From Bacteroidota bacterium (GTDB lineage Bacteria; Bacteroidota; Bacteroidia; Bacteroidales; GCA-2748055), in NCBI GenBank assembly GCA_003648635.1, contig QMPQ01000001.1, positions 8,474 to 72,473 of the forward strand: a stretch of 64,000 bases of DNA, written 5' to 3'. How positions within the stretch are numbered: position 1 is the first letter of the stretch; the number at the start of each line of letters is the position of its first letter. The translations under genes and the position numbers were made by a program. The notes beneath the pieces are model-generated. The model made no database searches and was not told where the DNA came from. It worked only from the letters and a program-made list of their open reading frames with translations. Shown piece after piece: positions 61,714-64,000 of this stretch.

Positions 61714-64000
61714 TTATTTCTTAGTGCGGGAACCAGCTTTTTCAATTATTTCACGACATTCCTCAAGAGTCAGTTCTTCAGGTTTCCTGCTTTTGGGAAT
61801 CCGGTAGTTTTTCTTGTTAAAAGAGATATAGGGGCCATATCGACCATTGAGAATAAGAAGTCCAGGCTCTTCATCAAACTGTTTGATATTCCTGTTCTCC
61901 TCCTGGGCACGCTTTTCGATGATAATCTCAATGGCACGCTCCGATTCAATGGTAAAGGGGTCATCAGTTTTTGACAGGCTGTAAAACTTACTTTTATGTC
62001 TTACATAGGGACCGTATTTTCCAACACCGATAACCAGTTCCTCCTCCTCGAAGGAATCCAGTGTGCGGGGCAGTCGAAAGAGATCAAGTGCCTCTTCCAG
62101 TGTGATGGTTTCAAGGCTCTGGCCTTTTAAAAGGCTGGCAAACCTGGGTTTTTCCTCATCACTGGCTTCACCAATTTGGGCAATGGGTCCAAAGCGGCCT
62201 ATTTTTACACTAATGGGCTTACCCGATTTGGGATCTTCACCCAGTTTTTTTTCTCCTTTGGACCGTTCCGAAGTTTGTGTGGCTGTATCTACTTTGGTAT
62301 GAAAGGGTGTGTAAAAACGCTCGATCATGCTGGGCCAATCCTTATCTCCCTCTGCAATTTTATCGAATTCCTCTTCAACAGAAGCCGTAAAATTGAAGTT
62401 CATGATGTTCTGAAAGTTCTGCTCCAGGAAATCGTTTACAATCATTCCGATATCGGTGGGAAACAGCTTACTTTTCTCATAGCCATACTTCTCAGTAATA
62501 TGCTGCTTCGAAAGTTTATCCCCTGAGAGGACCAGCTGGGCCATTTCACGATCAACACCATTTCGATCCTCTTTAACCACATACTCTCTGTTTTGAACAG
62601 TTGAGATGGTGGGAGCATAGGTAGAGGGCCGGCCAATTCCCAGCTCCTCCATTTTTTTAACCAGGCTGGCCTCAGTGTATCTGACCGGCTGCATACTTGT
62701 TTTTTCGGTGGCCTCAATGATATCACGACTTAGCTTATCATCGGCTTTTACCGGGGGAAGCAGTCCTTTGGCCTCTTCTTCCTGATCATCATCAGTGGAT
62801 TCCATATAGACTTTCAGGAAACCATCAAATATAAGCACTTCACCAGTGGCAATAAAGCGTTCGGGTGCACCTGAGACCAGAATGGATATGGTAGTTTTTT
62901 CAAGCTGTGCCTCACTCATCTGGGAGGCAATGGTTCTTTTCCAGATCAATTCATAGAGCCGCTGTTCCTGCCTGCTACCTTCAACGGAAGATTTATCCAT
63001 ATAGGTGGGTCTGATAGCTTCATGAGCCTCCTGAGCACCTTTGGCTTTTGTGGTAAAGTTTCTGGTTTTGAGGTATTTTTCACCAAAATCCTCCTTGATT
63101 TTTCCTGCAGCTGTTCCGATGGCCAATTTGGACAGATTAACAGAGTCTGTCCTCATATAGGTAATTTTTCCTGATTCATAGAGCCGTTGTGCCACTGACA
63201 TGGTCTGGTTCACTGAAAAACCCAGTTTTCGGCTGGCTTCCTGCTGAAGGGTGGAGGTGGTAAATGGAGCTGCTGGATTTTTCTTCAAAGGTTTTTTCTC
63301 AACATTATCCACACTGAACTCACTGGTCAGGCACTTAGAGAGAAAGGACTCTGCATCTTTCAGATTATCGAAACGCTTCGACAAATCAGCTTTCAGTTGA
63401 GTTTCTCCCCCTTTTCCATTTGGGACCAGGAACTTTCCGGTGACGCGGAAATACTTAAGGGGAGTAAACTTCTGTATTTCCCTTTCTTTTTCAACAATCA
63501 GTTTTACGGCTACCGATTGCACTCTTCCTGCAGAAAGAGATGGTTTTACCTTTTTCCATAATAATGGTGAGAGTTCAAAACCAACCAGACGGTCAAGTAC
63601 CCTTCTTGCCTGTTGGGCATTCACCAGGTGGGTATCGATTTGCCTCGGGCTCTTTAGAGCATTCAGGATGGCATCTTTGGTAATTTCATGAAAAACGATC
63701 CTCTGGGTCTTCTCTTTTTCCAGCCCCAGCTCATCAAACAAATGCCATGCAATGGCCTCCCCCTCACGGTCTTCATCAGTGGCCAGCCATACCATATTGG
63801 ACTCCTTGGCCAGGCTCTTAAGTTCCTTGACAATTTTTTTCTTATCAGCGGGGACAATGTACTGAGGGGCAAAACCTCCCTCAACATCTATTCCCAGATT
63901 TTTTTTAGCCAGGTCACGTATATGGCCAAAACTGGATTTGACTGTAAATGTCTTTCCAAGGAAGCGTTCAATGGTCTTCGCCTTGGCAGGTGATTCAACA
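61714..64000 (-). CDS. topA: DNA topoisomerase I (type IA), 5' end beyond the window
   Basis: The ORF track starts at an internal Met (63795). The same frame stays open to the window edge and reads ..VESPAKAKTIERF.. (Toprim N-terminus) at 63999-63961. WLATDEDREGEAI and the catalytic-Tyr region ITYMRTDS are present, with a C-terminal basic tail. Confidence 0.93.
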   Translation of the reverse strand, partial: VESPAKAKTIERFLGKTFTVKSSFGHIRDLAKKNLGIDVEGGFAPQYIVPADKKKIVKELKSLAKESNMVWLATDEDREGEAIAWHLFDELGLEKEKTQRIVFHEITKDAILNALKSPRQIDTHLVNAQQARRVLDRLVGFELSPLLWKKVKPSLSAGRVQSVAVKLIVEKEREIQKFTPLKYFRVTGKFLVPNGKGGETQLKADLSKRFDNLKDAESFLSKCLTSEFSVDNVEKKPLKKNPAAPFTTSTLQQEASRKLGFSVNQTMSVAQRLYESGKITYMRTDSVNLSKLAIGTAAGKIKEDFGEKYLKTRNFTTKAKGAQEAHEAIRPTYMDKSSVEGSRQEQRLYELIWKRTIASQMSEAQLEKTTISILVSGAPERFIATGEVLIFDGFLKVYMESTDDDQEEEAKGLLPPVKADDKLSRDIIEATEKTSMQPVRYTEASLVKKMEELGIGRPSTYAPTISTVQNREYVVKEDRNGVDREMAQLVLSGDKLSKQHITEKYGYEKSKLFPTDIGMIVNDFLEQNFQNIMNFNFTASVEEEFDKIAEGDKDWPSMIERFYTPFHTKVDTATQTSERSKGEKKLGEDPKSGKPISVKIGRFGPIAQIGEASDEEKPRFASLLKGQSLETITLEEALDLFRLPRTLDSFEEEELVIGVGKYGPYVRHKSKFYSLSKTDDPFTIESERAIEIIIEKRAQEENRNIKQFDEEPGLLILNGRYGPYISFNKKNYRIPKSRKPEELTLEECREIIEKAGSRTKK

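Noticed and set aside
1-64000. CRISPR arrays, transposases, integrases, prophage genes, toxin-antitoxin or recognisable defence-system genes
   Set aside because: None were seen. The only repeats are the intragenic tatA and adhesin repeats and the two-copy intergenic element. No protein in the ORF track carries nuclease, helicase, integrase or transposase signatures that I can recognise.

Overview
This looks like a Bacteroidota chromosomal segment. The evidence is gld/por type IX secretion (T9SS) genes, a fused secDF, TAnnTTTG -7 promoter boxes and no obvious Shine-Dalgarno sites. It is densely coding: about 50 CDS, and I saw no rRNA, tRNA, CRISPR or mobile element. Housekeeping genes include gpmI, mdh, secDF, tatA, ribE, metK, asnS, rpoN, rbfA, trpS, ung and topA (5' end off-window). 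Envelope and glycan genes include an M16 peptidase, GH3, GH95, an HGSNAT-like acyltransferase, a TonB-dependent receptor, mlaEF and LolD/LolE-like proteins. Gliding/T9SS content is unusually rich. There is a porP-gldK-gldL-gldM-gldN operon, a gldA-like ABC ATPase, and a 1401-aa SprB-repeat adhesin with a type-B C-terminal sorting domain coupled to its own PorP/SprF-family gene. The best candidate for something undescribed is a translationally coupled three-gene operon at 45667-51517. It encodes a TM-anchored protein with an FG-GAP-like propeller, a lipoprotein, and an outer-membrane barrel with a PorP/SprF-like N-terminus. Other points worth a second look: a ~65-69 nt structured intergenic element present twice with a compensatory stem change; a highly structured 406-bp gene-free spacer after trpS; an arginase-fold protein with degenerate Mn ligands just upstream of porP; a TatA with four exact-period 33-bp (11-aa) tandem repeats; a G8 tract early in a lipoprotein gene; back-to-back apparently leaderless promoters for rbfA and trpS; and a long structured metK leader. 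All calls rest on reading the sequence and remembered family signatures. No searches were run.
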